Below are positions 52,301-64,000 of a stretch of 64,000 nt of DNA, one piece after another. The stretch is from Ramazzottius varieornatus. Taxonomy: Eukaryota > Animalia > Tardigrada. A model generated the notes under the pieces. That model did no database searches. It had not been told where the DNA came from and saw only the letters and a list, made by a program, of their open reading frames with translations. A program made the translations under genes and the position numbers. Positions within the stretch are counted from its first letter, which is position 1. The number at the start of each line of letters is the position of its first letter. The stretch covers positions 337,231 to 401,230 of the forward strand of contig BDGG01000019.1 of NCBI GenBank assembly GCA_001949185.1. The letters are read 5' to 3'.

Positions 52301-55300
52301 TAGTTTTGACGCAAACGGCTCCCCATACTACTTTGTGGTTCGCTTTTAGAAGGGATAAAAATCTCGCTTACCGCACGACAGTTCGTCTGACGAATCGATG
52401 CAATCCAAGATTCCGTCGCACAGTTTCTCTGGTTGGCTCATCTGAAGACGATCCTTGCACGCTAGAAAACGATTGGAGGTTTATTAGCAGGCTTTCTAAT
52501 TTTGGAAACCGGTTGATTTTTCATATAAATATGCTTACTGAAAAATTCCTCGTCCTGCCCGTCGGCTGCGTCCGCCACACCGTTGCCAAAGAGCTCGTGG
52601 TTTAAGCATCCAGAAACTGGCAGGGGCATCTGGTCAGCCGCGCACTGGCACGCCTCTTCATCCGACTTGTCGCGGCAGTCCGTTCTACCGTCGCAGCGAC
52701 GGTGCTGAGAGACACATCGGCTGCCATCACATTGGAAAGCGGAAGCTGGACAGGTGTTGCTGCAGTTCTGTGGTTCGTCACTCTGGTTCTGGCAGTCGGA
52801 AACTCGATCGCACCAGTTCGACATAGGTACACAGAAGTTGGCACAAGTTCCACCACAGGAGAACGAGTCCCTCCTGCTGCATGAAGGAATGGATCCTCCT
52901 CTGGCAGAGACCAGTTCGGGATGATTTGCTGGAACAAAGTCGCCTTGACTGAGGAGCGAGCAGTTTATCTCGTCCGATCCATCACTGCGAAAAACACACA
53001 CGCTACATTGTCATGTTAGACCATTCATCCCTTTGATTGGTTGATATACTGTAACGGGCACTCCCAACTTCGTTCACGCCTTGTTATCTGGATAAATATT
53101 TCTCAGTTGATTACTCTCGTTACTTCAAGAAGTTTATGAAAGATTCTTTAACATAATTTCAGATTGATTATTTTTCCTGGAGAAAGCATACGTTTGTTGT
53201 GCAGACCTTAGACCAGCTTTGGTGAACCTGCTGCGCATCATGGGCAGTCATGACCTTTCAAGACAAGTGGTAGCGCGGACTAAAAGCTTTTACGGTGATC
53301 AGCGCAATGTGCCTTCCTAGTGGCCGATAGAGCAATTGCTCGAAGACCAGCCTCAACCAGGACCCTAGGCCTCACCGTGTCAGGTAGCTGAAGTGGGAGA
53401 GGTATCGGATGTCTGAAGAGCCCGGGCTCGCCAGCTCAGCATCCGATCAAAAAGCCCGATGTTTCGAGGGCTTCCCGTACCGGGTTACGAGTTTCTCTTT
53501 ATTCACCAAGAAAAGACCACAGAGAGAAGTTACAGACAGTCGTCGTCCCCGTGAAACGCGAAAATTTAGTTACATTGTCAGCAGGTCGATTGATCGGCTT
53601 GATTGACTGAGATGTCGAGTACTTGGAACGTCACCACGCCCTCTATCTTGGTGGGAGCTTCGAGGCAAAAGCGGAGACTTTTCAGATGATGAATCTGTCC
53701 TTCGTGCAAGGCTATTGTGACAACATTTCAGATTTGTCAACCTCATAATTTTTGAAACGATGTTTTCCGTCGGAGAAAATGGCCTTTTAGGTTCAACCTC
53801 AATCCAACTTTCCCAAATCTGTTGCGCATTACTCGACATTCGTACCGTTTTCCAGAACGTTCAGAGCGGGGAATAAAAGGATCACATGGTCTACCTGCAT
53901 TGCCTTCCTGGTGGCCAGTGTCGATGAGTATATACTCTCTAAACCAGGACCCCGGCTTCTGCAGCTCGGTCAACTGACCTGTAGAGATATCGGATGTCTG
54001 GCCCGACCTTCCGAGCCCTGGCTCTTTTTGGGATCGACTGGCCTAACTGCGGATCCAGTTCAAGTTTGTGCTAGAGCACTGGGCCGCAGGTCCAAAAGTA
54101 CGCTGTAACTGTGCTGCGCAGATTACCAGGGCGCTGTACGCTACGCTGTGCTGCACAACTTTCATGCCCAGTGCTGTATGCTGTGCTGTGCCGCACAAAT
54201 TTCGTCAGTTCACGCGCTGCAACTGTGCTGCAGCACAGTACAGCTACAGTGCAGTGCAGCACATGCGGCCAGATTCCGTGCTCTAGTTTGTGCCAGCCGA
54301 GTGTGGGTTAGACTCCGATAAAAAATGCCCGATGTTTCGAGGGCTTCCCGTTCGGGGGACGGGTTTCTTTCTAATCAACAAAATGAAAATGGAGACGCAC
54401 CAACCAAAACTTACAGGCAGTCATCCTTTGAGTCACACTGTAGGTACTCTGGGATACAGCGACCATTGCCGCAGTGGAACTGTCCCGGCTTGCAGGTGCA
54501 GTTGAAGGCTTCGTCCTGCCCATCTAGGCAATCCACAATGCCGTTACACCACGTATTCAAAACGGACTTGCACAGCCCGCCATCGCAGACGAAGCTCCCC
54601 GCTGGACAAACTACAGAACAAACCACTTGTCAGATCAGATTAGAAGAAAATGGACGAAATCTGTTCATAGAATACCGCAGTTCGCTTCGTCGCTTCCGTC
54701 ATTGCAGTTGAAGACGCCATCTGCCAAAACCACATTGACGAAGTAAGACTACTCGTACAGTCGAATTAATAATAAAATGGAGAGAAAATCACGCACCGCA
54801 TCGGTTGGTCTTGGGAATACACTGGCTGCTGCCGCACCGAAAACTTGTGTCGTTAGAACACGGAAGAGATGCACAATCCAGGTACGGCACATCGCAAACG
54901 GCTCCTCCCGGCGAAAGCGGGTAGCACAGCGCGTTGATGTCCATACATAGTCCGCTGGTGCACATGGTCTGCTGCTCCGTACACGGACAATCAAACTCGT
55001 CCGACCCATCGGGACATTCTTTCTGACCGTTACAGTGGTAGACTCCTTTGATGCGCCATCCATTACGGCAGGTAAAATATCCATCTGAAATCATACAATC
55101 GAATAAAAAAACCTGGGTTAAGTAATTTTCTGTTGAGTGGCCAAATAATTTTGGTACTTTGATACCTGTGCTTGGCTCAGTCAGGTTATCCTTGAGCGGG
55201 TCGATGCAGGTATTTCCACATCCATCCGCACTGCAGCACAGCTGGTTGCCGAAACATTCGGCATGGAAAAAGCACTTGCTGTTGGGACTGGGTCGCGAGC

Positions 55301-55424
55301 AGCTGGCGTGTTGTCGAGGACATCTTCCGGCCTTTTCGGAAGGCGAACTTCCGGGCAGAATGGTAAGTCCTGCGGCAAGAGCCACGACCACAGCGAAGAA
55401 AAACACTAGTAGGCAAGAACTCAT
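49305..55424 (-). CDS. Secreted modular serine-protease homologue: signal peptide, WAP, multiple LDLa, SRCR-like, inactive trypsin domain, LDLa, MAM
   Basis: Hydrophobic N-terminus; WAP KAGRCP...C..HAEC.GNQLCC..GCGNTC; many CDG..DC.DGSDE repeats; GEWMPVCAERW; trypsin fold with LTSAQC and INRGGP; MAM CTFDDRSLCGY...GRLISP. Confidence 0.85.
51446..52327. mobile_element. Long-TIR MITE (about 135-bp inverted ends), intronic
   Basis: TATGGGGCGCCGTTTGCGTC...CTCTGGCGAGA at left is mirrored by TCTCGCCAGAG...GACGCAAACGGCTCCCCATA at right. Confidence 0.85.
51702..52137. mobile_element. hAT MITE (TAGAGCAC termini) nested in the long-TIR MITE
   Basis: TIR TAGAGCAC; 8-bp TSD CCATACAG (51694-701, 52138-45); GCACA repeats; about 220 bp longer than its sibling at 54072. 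Confidence 0.9.
53014..53574. mobile_element. Possible solo LTR or other insertion
   Basis: TG...CA termini with TTGTCA on both flanks (53008-13, 53575-80); part of it resembles 53985-54390. Confidence 0.4.
54072..54285. mobile_element. hAT MITE (214 bp), inverted relative to the 51702 copy
   Basis: TIR TAGAGCAC; 8-bp TSD GTTTGTGC (54064-71, 54286-93). Confidence 0.92.
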
Positions 55425-56207
55425 CGTAGAAACTGGGCGAAAGAGGATTCGCCGCATACCAAACGCCAACAACTTCGATCAAAGACAATTCTGACGACTT
55501 CACACAAGAATATGCCAGCACACCACCCTGGAAATAGCTGAATTAGCTTTTGTAACATTTCGATGTAACTACTTCGCCCTTTTGTACTGCATTATTCCAA
55601 AGACCGATCGCCTTTCGCGTTTCTTCCAACCCAATTGTGCGAAGCCGATAATTAGCTATACTTATGATTATCAGCCGATTCTTTTTGTCGTCTTGTGCCG
55701 ACTGTTCGGCGCACGTCGAAAATTATGGTAAATTAAAATGGAATTAGCCTTTACAAAGCCGGTGACGGCGTTCTTAAAAAGTGCGGTACCGAATGGAAAA
55801 GTCAACGGAAAAGTTACGAGAAGGAGTTACTTTATGTTTTTCATCGACGTAAATCTTCCAGCTATTCCCAAGCAAAGTTAAGTCTTGAAAAGGATATTCG
55901 GAAGAATTAGTAAGAAAAGGGTGAAACATGTCCAACCGATAAGTGTGCGACAAAGACGTTCATACGCACCACAAGCCGCCGGAAAAGAAATACGGTGCAG
56001 AGAACGCAACCTTTCCGGTGGTCACGTGACATTGGTTACCACTGGGTAATGTTAAAGACCACATGACCGACGGATGGGATGCATTCTCTGTACTGTATAC
56101 AAAGAAAATACATACAAGAGTGTTAAAATCCAGGAAAAGACCAAGGAAAGCTGTGCGCAGCATCTGTAGAAATCTTTCCAGTCGAGGGAATTGTACGGGA
56201 AAATATT

Positions 56208-58110
56208 TCATTTGTCTCCATGGTTGATTTCGCTGACAGCTGCAGACTTCGTGAAAAGAAAGATCCCTCTTTTGAACCCTATAGAAGAAAACCAATGAAA
56301 GCTCCCGTCAAAATTCTCATAAAAAGTTCCATCAGTCTTTGAATGATATCAAGAAATCGATGCATCCAGAAAAAGATATATGACTGAAGACTCACCTGTT
56401 GCAACAGCTGTGTTTGAAGGAAGGTGAATGGTTTCACACGAGGAAAAGCCCACTTTATCGGACAGGAGGTAGGCGGAGAAGCTTTCCGGAAGGAATGTGA
56501 TGGCGTCGTATCCTGTCTTCATAGTGGGCTAAATCAGAAAGAGAAAAGCGTTGACATAAAATTCACGTCACGTAGGAAAAATCTGGAAGGTGGGAAAACG
56601 AACTGAGTCAGATCTTTTATAACAAACAGCGCACAGTTTCCTTGCTACTGACTGAAAGTGTACACCATCACGTGGCCCACGGCTTTATTAATATTTGAGA
56701 ACTGATGTCGCTTACCGTGAACTTTCCTTTGCTTCTTCCACTGCTATACGAGGACCATGCTTGCGGTTCGAGTATGAAACGTCCACCCGGTCGCAGATGC
56801 TTGAAGACGCGCTTAAAGAACATCTTTAGCCCGTCATCTCCCCAATTCAAGTGGACCCACTTTGTCACACTCAATGCCAAGATCGTATCGAACTCCTCCG
56901 TCTCTGCGTCGATATCCGTTTCTTCATTTGGGACGTAGTTGCACTACAAAGGCAAACCATCAACGATCGTACAAAAGAAAAGCACTTCGGACCTTGGTAA
57001 ACAGAGCCGCGACCGGATCATTTTTTCAAGTGACGCACGCTTCCAGTCTGTGTTGGTGAAAACATGCGTCACTTGAAAAAACGATGTCGTCGAGTTTGCT
57101 TGCCGAGCTCCCAAGTACTGAATACACCGCAACCGGGCAATAGAAACATGGAAAAACGGGCTTACCGTGAGGAAGGCAACATTGCAGGGAAATTCTCGAG
57201 GACCTTCCGACTGTGGATCGAAGACTGCGGGAGCCGCGATGGGCCCGTAGAGGATCGGCAACGACTTCGGGAATCCTTCCCGTTGACATATTTCTTCCGA
57301 CAGGTAATGTCGAATATTTCTCTTGGCTACGCGGATCAGTTCGCCGTCGATATCGATACCAATCATCATTCGGGGTTTCATGGCTTTCGTCAAGGCTAAC
57401 GTGAACTGCCCAGTGTTACACCCTACGTCCAAACAGTCCTTCCCTTCGAACCATTCGGGTCTCATCAGCGGATATCGTGGATCGGTGGCGACCTCGCGGT
57501 ACCCGTAGTAGCGATTATAGTTACCGAAACGAAACCTCTCCGCTTGCAGTTCGCTTTTACTGGGGACTCTTGTGCCGTCTTCGGTGTGTGTGGCTTTGTA
57601 ATGTTGGTATTGTGCGTTGAGCTGTAACGGGTCGTGACGATCGATCTTCTTGGGTGGTTCGATCAAGCGATCTTTACGGTGCTTTTGTCCCGTAGGACGT
57701 CGCCACGAACCGAAGGGTCGGAAACCGGAGAACCCATTGCGAGGAGGCTTGGTGTGGCCGTTAGACAATGGAGGTGGCGGGTTCGGGTCCAGGCCGAGCG
57801 GGTCGCGGACCAGTAAGGATTGCTGGTTACGCTTGTAGCTCATGTGGCGCTTCCAGCGTTCTTTCTCTTTTTCGGCGGAAGCGGGAGCGGGTGGATCTTG
57901 GACAGTGTCCTGCTCGATGGTCAAATGCGCCATTGCGGACGATGTCGACGGATGGCGGCTCCGCTTCCGCTTGGACGGCGACGCAAACGTAGACTTCATG
58001 TCGTCAGCAACTGTGACGTCATCACTCTCCATGGCATCAGCTGGCTTCTTTCGTTTCCGGTGGCTACCTTGGGATGTGGATGAATCGGACTGTTCCGCGG
58101 GAGTTTCCAT
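56208..58110 (-). CDS. MEPCE: 7SK snRNA methylphosphate capping enzyme (Bin3), multi-exon
   Basis: [13 protein letters not shown]...DPR...[15 protein letters not shown]...GIDID; [22 protein letters not shown]...[17 protein letters not shown]; GFKRGI. Confidence 0.96.
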
Positions 58111-58495
58111 CGAGGAAAGCTGGAAGGATAACCTGCAAAATCGGAAGAGAATGGGTAATATGTGAGGAATAAATAATCAAGGTTTGAAAATACCCAGGCA
58201 TCATCTGAAAGTCTGCCAATCTCGCAAGCAGAAATGCATCCACTCTGCTGAAATCGTTCACTGCTTTCAAACTTGCACGTTGGCTGTACAGGTCCGTGCC
58301 GTGCACTGGCGTGAAGTCTGACGCTTCGGACGCTTTCCCAAGCGGCACAGCCTTGGGTAAGTAGGGCGGACAATACGGTGTCTGCGTATTCGTATAACCG
58401 ATTAATTTCTCGTACGTTGGTCGGGGCGTTCTGTACGACCAACGCGTTAATGGAAGCATCACACCCGTAAGTTATGCCTGGGCAGTGGGGGCAAC

Positions 58496-60789
58496 ATGGA
58501 TCTGCACCGGAAACAGCTGATCGAAATTATCTTCAACTTTTTGGACCAGGTCAAAAGCAGCTTGATTGTTCATCATTCTGGTGAGTCCGTCCTTTTCCTT
58601 CTCGTACTCCATGTTCCGTCTCTCCGTAGGGTACCTTCGGAGCTTGAATGGACGGCAGATTGTCTTGCTGTCGACGCTGCAGAGCGCCGTGAAAACTGTT
58701 CCTTCAGCGACACCTCCTTCATTTCCCGGAATGGACAATACGCCGTCGGCCAAGCCATCCCAAGTCTTCCACTGGCTTGGTCGGTACGCACCCGCGTTCT
58801 GCCTCTGCGGATCTCAAGTCTCCATCCTTCACCACCCTTCCGACTTCTACGAATACCTCGTCAGCAGCTCGAAGCGATTCACCAAACGCGCTGTCCTGTC
58901 GGCGCTGTACCTTGGCACGGGCACGCAAGAAGAAACCCTCATCGCTGCACTACGTTCCCGCTGTGATGAACTACACGCATCCAACTCGTCTTTCAACGTC
59001 AGAGTCTTGCTGGACCATCAACGGGGCTCGAGAGGTGAGAAGAATTCGCGGACGATGCTGTTGCCGCTGTTGCGAGAGTACGAAAGACAGGTAAATGTGG
59101 CGCTGTTCCATACTCCCGATCTCCGCGGTGTGTGGAAGACGCATGTCCCCGAAAGATGGAATGAGATTGTCGGCCTGCTGCATATGAAAGTGGCGGTGTT
59201 TGACGATGATGTCCTGATTACCGGAGCTAACTTGAGCGACCAGTATTTCGTCAATAGACAGGATAGGTACGTGCTGATTAGGGATGCACCGGAGCTGGCC
59301 AACTTCTTCGAGAGCCTCGTGCAGGGTGTGTCGGACGTATCCTTCATGCTGACGCCGGAAGACGAGGTGAAACTGGCTTCTGAAGATTCTGCACATCCTT
59401 ACGAAGGTATTTTGAATGTCTCAACGTACCGGGTGGCGAAACTTCAAAAGCTTTTCTGTTTTCCAGTACTGTGCACAGTTGTATAAATAATTGTCAGCGG
59501 AATTTCGAAAGCGATCCTCGCTAATTTTTGTCGTGTTTCTACGGTTTATCTTCGCTAACATTAGTTGCTAGTTTCTCGACCACGGTACCGATCTCGGGTA
59601 ATTCTCCTTCTCGACAAGTTGCGTGATTTTGATTTTATCACCCGGATTGACTTCTGTTTACCGTAGGAGAAAGAGCCTTGTACGTAGAAGCAGCCAAAGA
59701 CACGGTCCGTCAGGCCTACGCGTTGTACCCCCCAACGCAGAAGTTCGCAGCCGGTCCCCAAGTTCCCCTTGAGAAAGCCGATACGTGGGTCTACCCTCTG
59801 TGCCAGATGCGGCAGTTCGACGTGAGGAAAGACGAGAAAGCAACGGAAGAAATCCTGTCGACGGTCCCGGAAGGTACCACGATTCACCTAGCTTCAGGTT
59901 ACTTCAACCTGACAAGATCCTATCGACAGCTTATCCTGAACCAAAAGCAGGCTTCTTACCATATTCTCATGGCTTCTCCCAAAGTAAGTGATGCAAACTA
60001 CTCCCAAACAGTTTAGGTTTCCGTCGACCAGAACTCGGAAGGTTTTGACGACATGGTTTTTCAGTGGCGCACACACTCAGCCAATGAGGCTGAATATGTG
60101 CGCCACTTCGGCAGATAATCTCGACCAGACCCTTTTTCGCAGTGGCGCACGTGTTCAGTGTCAGTCGCCGGATGCGTGCGTCGCTTGAAAAAATGATCTT
60201 GTGGACTTTGTTTGCCGAGTTCCACAATGTTCAAGAACTTCATCTGTGATTTCCACAAATTCAAAAGTAATAATTTCGATCTCGTAGGCGAATGGGTTCT
60301 TTAACGCAGAGGGCGCTTCCGGTCATGTTCCTGCCATGTACGTTCAGATAGCTCGTACGTTCTTCGACGCGATACACTCCGGTGCTCAGCAGCACCGGAT
60401 AAAGCTTTACGAGTACTACCGGGACAAGTGGACGTACCACGTCAAGGGTCTTTGGGCCACGCTGAAAGGCCAGAAGAACCCTTGTCTAACGTTAGTTGGA
60501 TCTCCGAATTTCGGTACGGAGTTTTAATTCTATCGATATTTTTTCTGTGAAAGTTTCCTGTAGGTCTTCCGTATGTTTGTGTGTAGGTTATCGCTCTGTG
60601 AACAGAGATATCGAAGCCCAGATCGCGGTCGTGACGGAGAATGTCGATCTTCAGAAGCGGCTAGCTGAAGAACGGGATCGGCTATACGAGAGCGGCGAAT
60701 TCCTAGCCGAAGAGACTTTCGCTCGAGAAGATCATGTGGTTCCCTGGACCGTCCGTCTTTCCTGGAGGTGGATCAAAAATTTCTTTTAG
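58496..60789 (+). CDS. PGS1: Mitochondrial phosphatidylglycerophosphate synthase, multi-exon; start at 58496 or 58611
   Basis: LSALYLGTG; LLDHQRGSRG; LFHTPDLRG; PLD-type motifs GLLHMKVAVFDDDVLITGANLS and WTYHVKGLW; GSPNFGYRS. Confidence 0.96.
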
Positions 60790-61555
60790 GTACTTTCTTC
60801 TCCATTCTTTTTCAATTTTTTATCTTCACCGCAAACTCCAAATTAGTTCTCGCATTTTTCGTTCGAACTACGTGTTTTTATCCGAAAGGGGAAATCTTGA
60901 ATTTCAAACAGGAATTTTCGCAAAATCCTTCGCGCACATCTGGCTTGCAAACGGCTGACAGTTGTAAGTTGTAAAATGATGAATACTTCTCGGAAGAATT
61001 TACTTCTGCGTCAGCTCCAGCTGATGTGGAGAGAGCTATTATAGCCTTCGTAAAAGCAAATGTAGCCGACATGACAGAAGGGGGGAATGATGCTATGGGC
61101 GTCACCCATCGTTCCGTCGCTTTCCCTTCTGTTTACCATGCTCTTGCTTTCTAGCTTTCTTTATGTCCTTCCCCATACAGCCTTCATATCAAAGAGAGGT
61201 GCTGTATCGGTTTGGTTGTCTTCCTTTTGAGACTTTTCATCTTTTCCATGCCGTGTCACAGTTCCGTGGCCTTCTTCCCACACCTCCCACATCAACCAAC
61301 ACACTGAAGAATATCCCGAATTTTGCATGAATGTTTCTTTGTGTTGGATGATCGGCGATCTGGTATCGATGTTTCAGTTTGCCAGACACTGTGGAAGTTG
61401 CCTTTGTGAGTCATTTTTATTGGATTTGTGTATGCTCGATTAATCTGACAGCTTGTTGCGCTGTGGATTGCATACGCTCGCGTGCTTCAGATAAACACCG
61501 GAGAATATCTGTCAACTGTTTAGGTTTGCGCGAACCGCGATAATCGCTATCAATC

Positions 61556-64000
61556 ATGGCGGCCTTCATTGATACTATGAGCACGAAAAAACTCGTGGCT
61601 TTCGGATTGTTACTTTTGGCACTGCAAATAGTTTTCTTCGTCATTGGAGGAACGATTGGTAAGCTCGAATATCACACGTGAATTAATTTTGAGTCCTAAT
61701 TTTTGGTGTATTTTTATAGCGCCTTCGCCGTCTAACGTTGCTTCGATACTCAGCACGAAATGTATCGACAACGATAAAGGCAAGATTGATCGGTGGTTTT
61801 ACCCACGAGGAAGCGATAAGAACAAGACATGCAAAGTCCTCCACGATCTCAACAGCCCGGATGCGGAGAGATACTCGGCCAACAACATTGTCTTCGCGGC
61901 ACAGTTTCCCCTGCCGAGAGACGGCTTCAACTTGACCATGTCCAGGTGGTTCCAGTACAGCTTGGGTGTACTCCATCCGGAAATATCTTACCAGGATAAT
62001 GGCGAAGAAGGTGAAAACTTGATCTCTGTCACTTGAGGAGTCTTGTTGATATTAGAGTAGTATCAACATTGTGGTCAATACGTAGAAAACCGTCAACACA
62101 GCCGGTTGCATCAACAAAAAATATACCAGAGGGTATCTTTAACGTCACAGTCGTTGCGCTGAAGTCTTTTTTGCAATGGTCAAAAGGATAATTATGTGGG
62201 CTTTGTCGTTGCTTCTTCTGGGTAACGTCTTGTGGTGGATTGCAGATTTCAAAACGGAACTCGAAATTCACGCAAGGATTGGCTATCGGAACCGCGAGGA
62301 CCCGGAAGATGCCTGGAAGGAAATTGACCGGTCGGTGGAGACACGCCAGCTTGATTGCAACATTGAAGAGGTACCTCGAACGCACATGACATCATCAGTC
62401 TTTTTATCATTAAGGCTTTCAGGAGCTGCCCAATTTATCGCCGAGCAGGAGCGAATCCTACAGCCCGGTGAGATAGAGGCAGCTTTTTCCTTCAGTTAAA
62501 TGAATACAGACCGATGAGACAGATGACCAGATGTAGTAGAGGGGTATTTGGTCTACAGGAATTGTAGATATGAATGACGTCATAGGGCGGCGCCCTTGAC
62601 ACCTGCCGCAACAATATGCAAAACATTTGACCCTCATCAGAAAATTCGGGAGCACAACTTTAGCATCGCGGTTTTCGCAGTAATCAGTGATTTTAGCCAG
62701 AAAGCTTATCTCATGACAGGGAGAAAAAATCCTCGATCTTTACTTTGAAAATATGGAAGAAAACTCTTTTCCAAACACGGTCTTTCGATGTTTTCAAACC
62801 GTTTCTTGTTTGGTCAGTCTATGTCTCATAGAATAGTCTTTCTAGCTGAAACCACACATCACTGCGAATTAGCGATGCAAAATCTATGCTCCTGGTCATT
62901 GGTCGAGAAGTCCGAGGCCAAGTATCATATTGGCCGGATCGATCTTGATGCGTTTTCGGAAGAACTCTAAATCGTTTCGCATACAGGTATCCAATGTTAT
63001 CCACTGATTTGTATTAAAACGGCGGAGTCCATACGGCCTGCACGCAGTATTTTGCCATCGTGGACAATATGTTTAAAATATTTTATGACGTGCCCTGCCT
63101 GCTTCGGCAGTCTTATTGTTTCATACAGCAGAAGAGATTCCATTTTTTCCCCGTATCCATCTTAAGTTGCTGTGTATTGTTGCAGAAGCACCAGGACTAC
63201 CTGTACAACTGCTCGCCCATGGCTCTCTACGAACTGGGCGGTGTCCACCACGACTTTTACCTCCTCAACCTCCGCCTACCCGTCACTTACTCCTCCGACG
63301 GTACACCTATCGGCAAGAACGTCAACCTGGGCAAGCTGCTCGACCTGTGGATCATCGAGATCCACCAGAATGGCGGCTACACACGGGTCTTCTGGTCCGT
63401 CAAGACCGTTTTCTTCCCACTGGTCCTGGCCGGCGTCGTGTGGTTCTGGCATCGTATCCAACAGCTGGCTCGGCCACCCAAGCTGATGGAAAAGATGCTC
63501 TTTACGTTGGGTTTAGGGCTGCTGCTGCTGGATACACCCATCGAGTGGTTCTCTCTGGGGTTCAACTTCCCGGCCATGCTGTTGTTGTCGGATATTCGTC
63601 AGGGACTGTTCTATACGATCTTGTTCGCATTTTGGATCATTTTCGCTGGCGAATATCAAATGGTACTCTTGTCTTTCGTGAAAGCTGGGCTAAGCAAATC
63701 ATATAAGTGGCGCATGTTTTCGTTGCCATTAGCTGGCACACTGCGCCACTCAATATAACAATCTTGTGCGTTTTGTTTGCCCAGCTCCTAAGTACTGCAA
63801 CGTTTCTCGAACTAGCTTTTTAACCTTGATCTTTGCAGGACGATGTAGCACGAGGGACCTTGTCGACATACTGGAAGCATCTGTCAGCTGTGGCAGCCTG
63901 CTGTATTTCACTGTTCGTTTTTGATATGTGTGAAAGGTATAAACACATGTAGAAAAACACCGTATTACGAAAAATCCTCATGAGCCGTCATTTGTAGGGG
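61556..64000 (+). CDS. WLS: Wntless (Wls/GPR177), continues beyond the window
   Basis: MSTKKL...IGGTIAPSP; [14 protein letters not shown]...MSRWFQY; [19 protein letters not shown]; [12 protein letters not shown]; [11 protein letters not shown]...FWIIFAGE. Confidence 0.97.

Larger units (their letters stand above)
3183..63751. repeat. Dispersed inverted-repeat family A: AAGTGGCGCA-N27-TGCGCCACTT (about 25 copies; coordinates span first to last copy)
   Basis: Left arms at about 3183, 6686, 9294, 10844, 10921, 11676, 26896, 27915, 27991, 31441, 32075, 33132, 34450, 34530, 35356, 41386, 41467, 46020, 46757, 46832, 57028, 60062, 60140, 63705; partial copies near 16838, 26490, 43975, 56625. Confidence 0.92.

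Overview
Eukaryotic (metazoan) genomic DNA from a compact, gene-dense genome with short GT-AG introns. The compactness and gene content would fit a small invertebrate such as a tardigrade, but that is inference. Genes in order: rhophilin (3' part), RPLP0, a CENP-B/pogo-derived double-HTH protein, an intronless bacterial-type cell-wall hydrolase (probable HGT), PI3K p85-like regulatory subunit, TIPRL, an orphan gene, threonyl-tRNA synthetase, ITPK1, a frameshifted multi-ubiquitin-like gene, CEP290, a catalytically dead modular serine-protease homologue, MEPCE/Bin3, PGS1 and Wntless (5' part). Mobile DNA: a complete 3-kb two-gene PIF/Harbinger-type transposon, two apparently identical piggyBac-like MITEs, several hAT and Tc1/mariner-type MITEs (some nested) and a possible solo LTR. 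The most unusual signal is two families of dispersed, mostly intronic inverted repeats with near-fixed spacing but divergent spacers: AAGTGGCGCA-N27-TGCGCCACTT (about 25 copies) and ACCTGCATAC-N30-GTATGCAGGT (about 7 copies).
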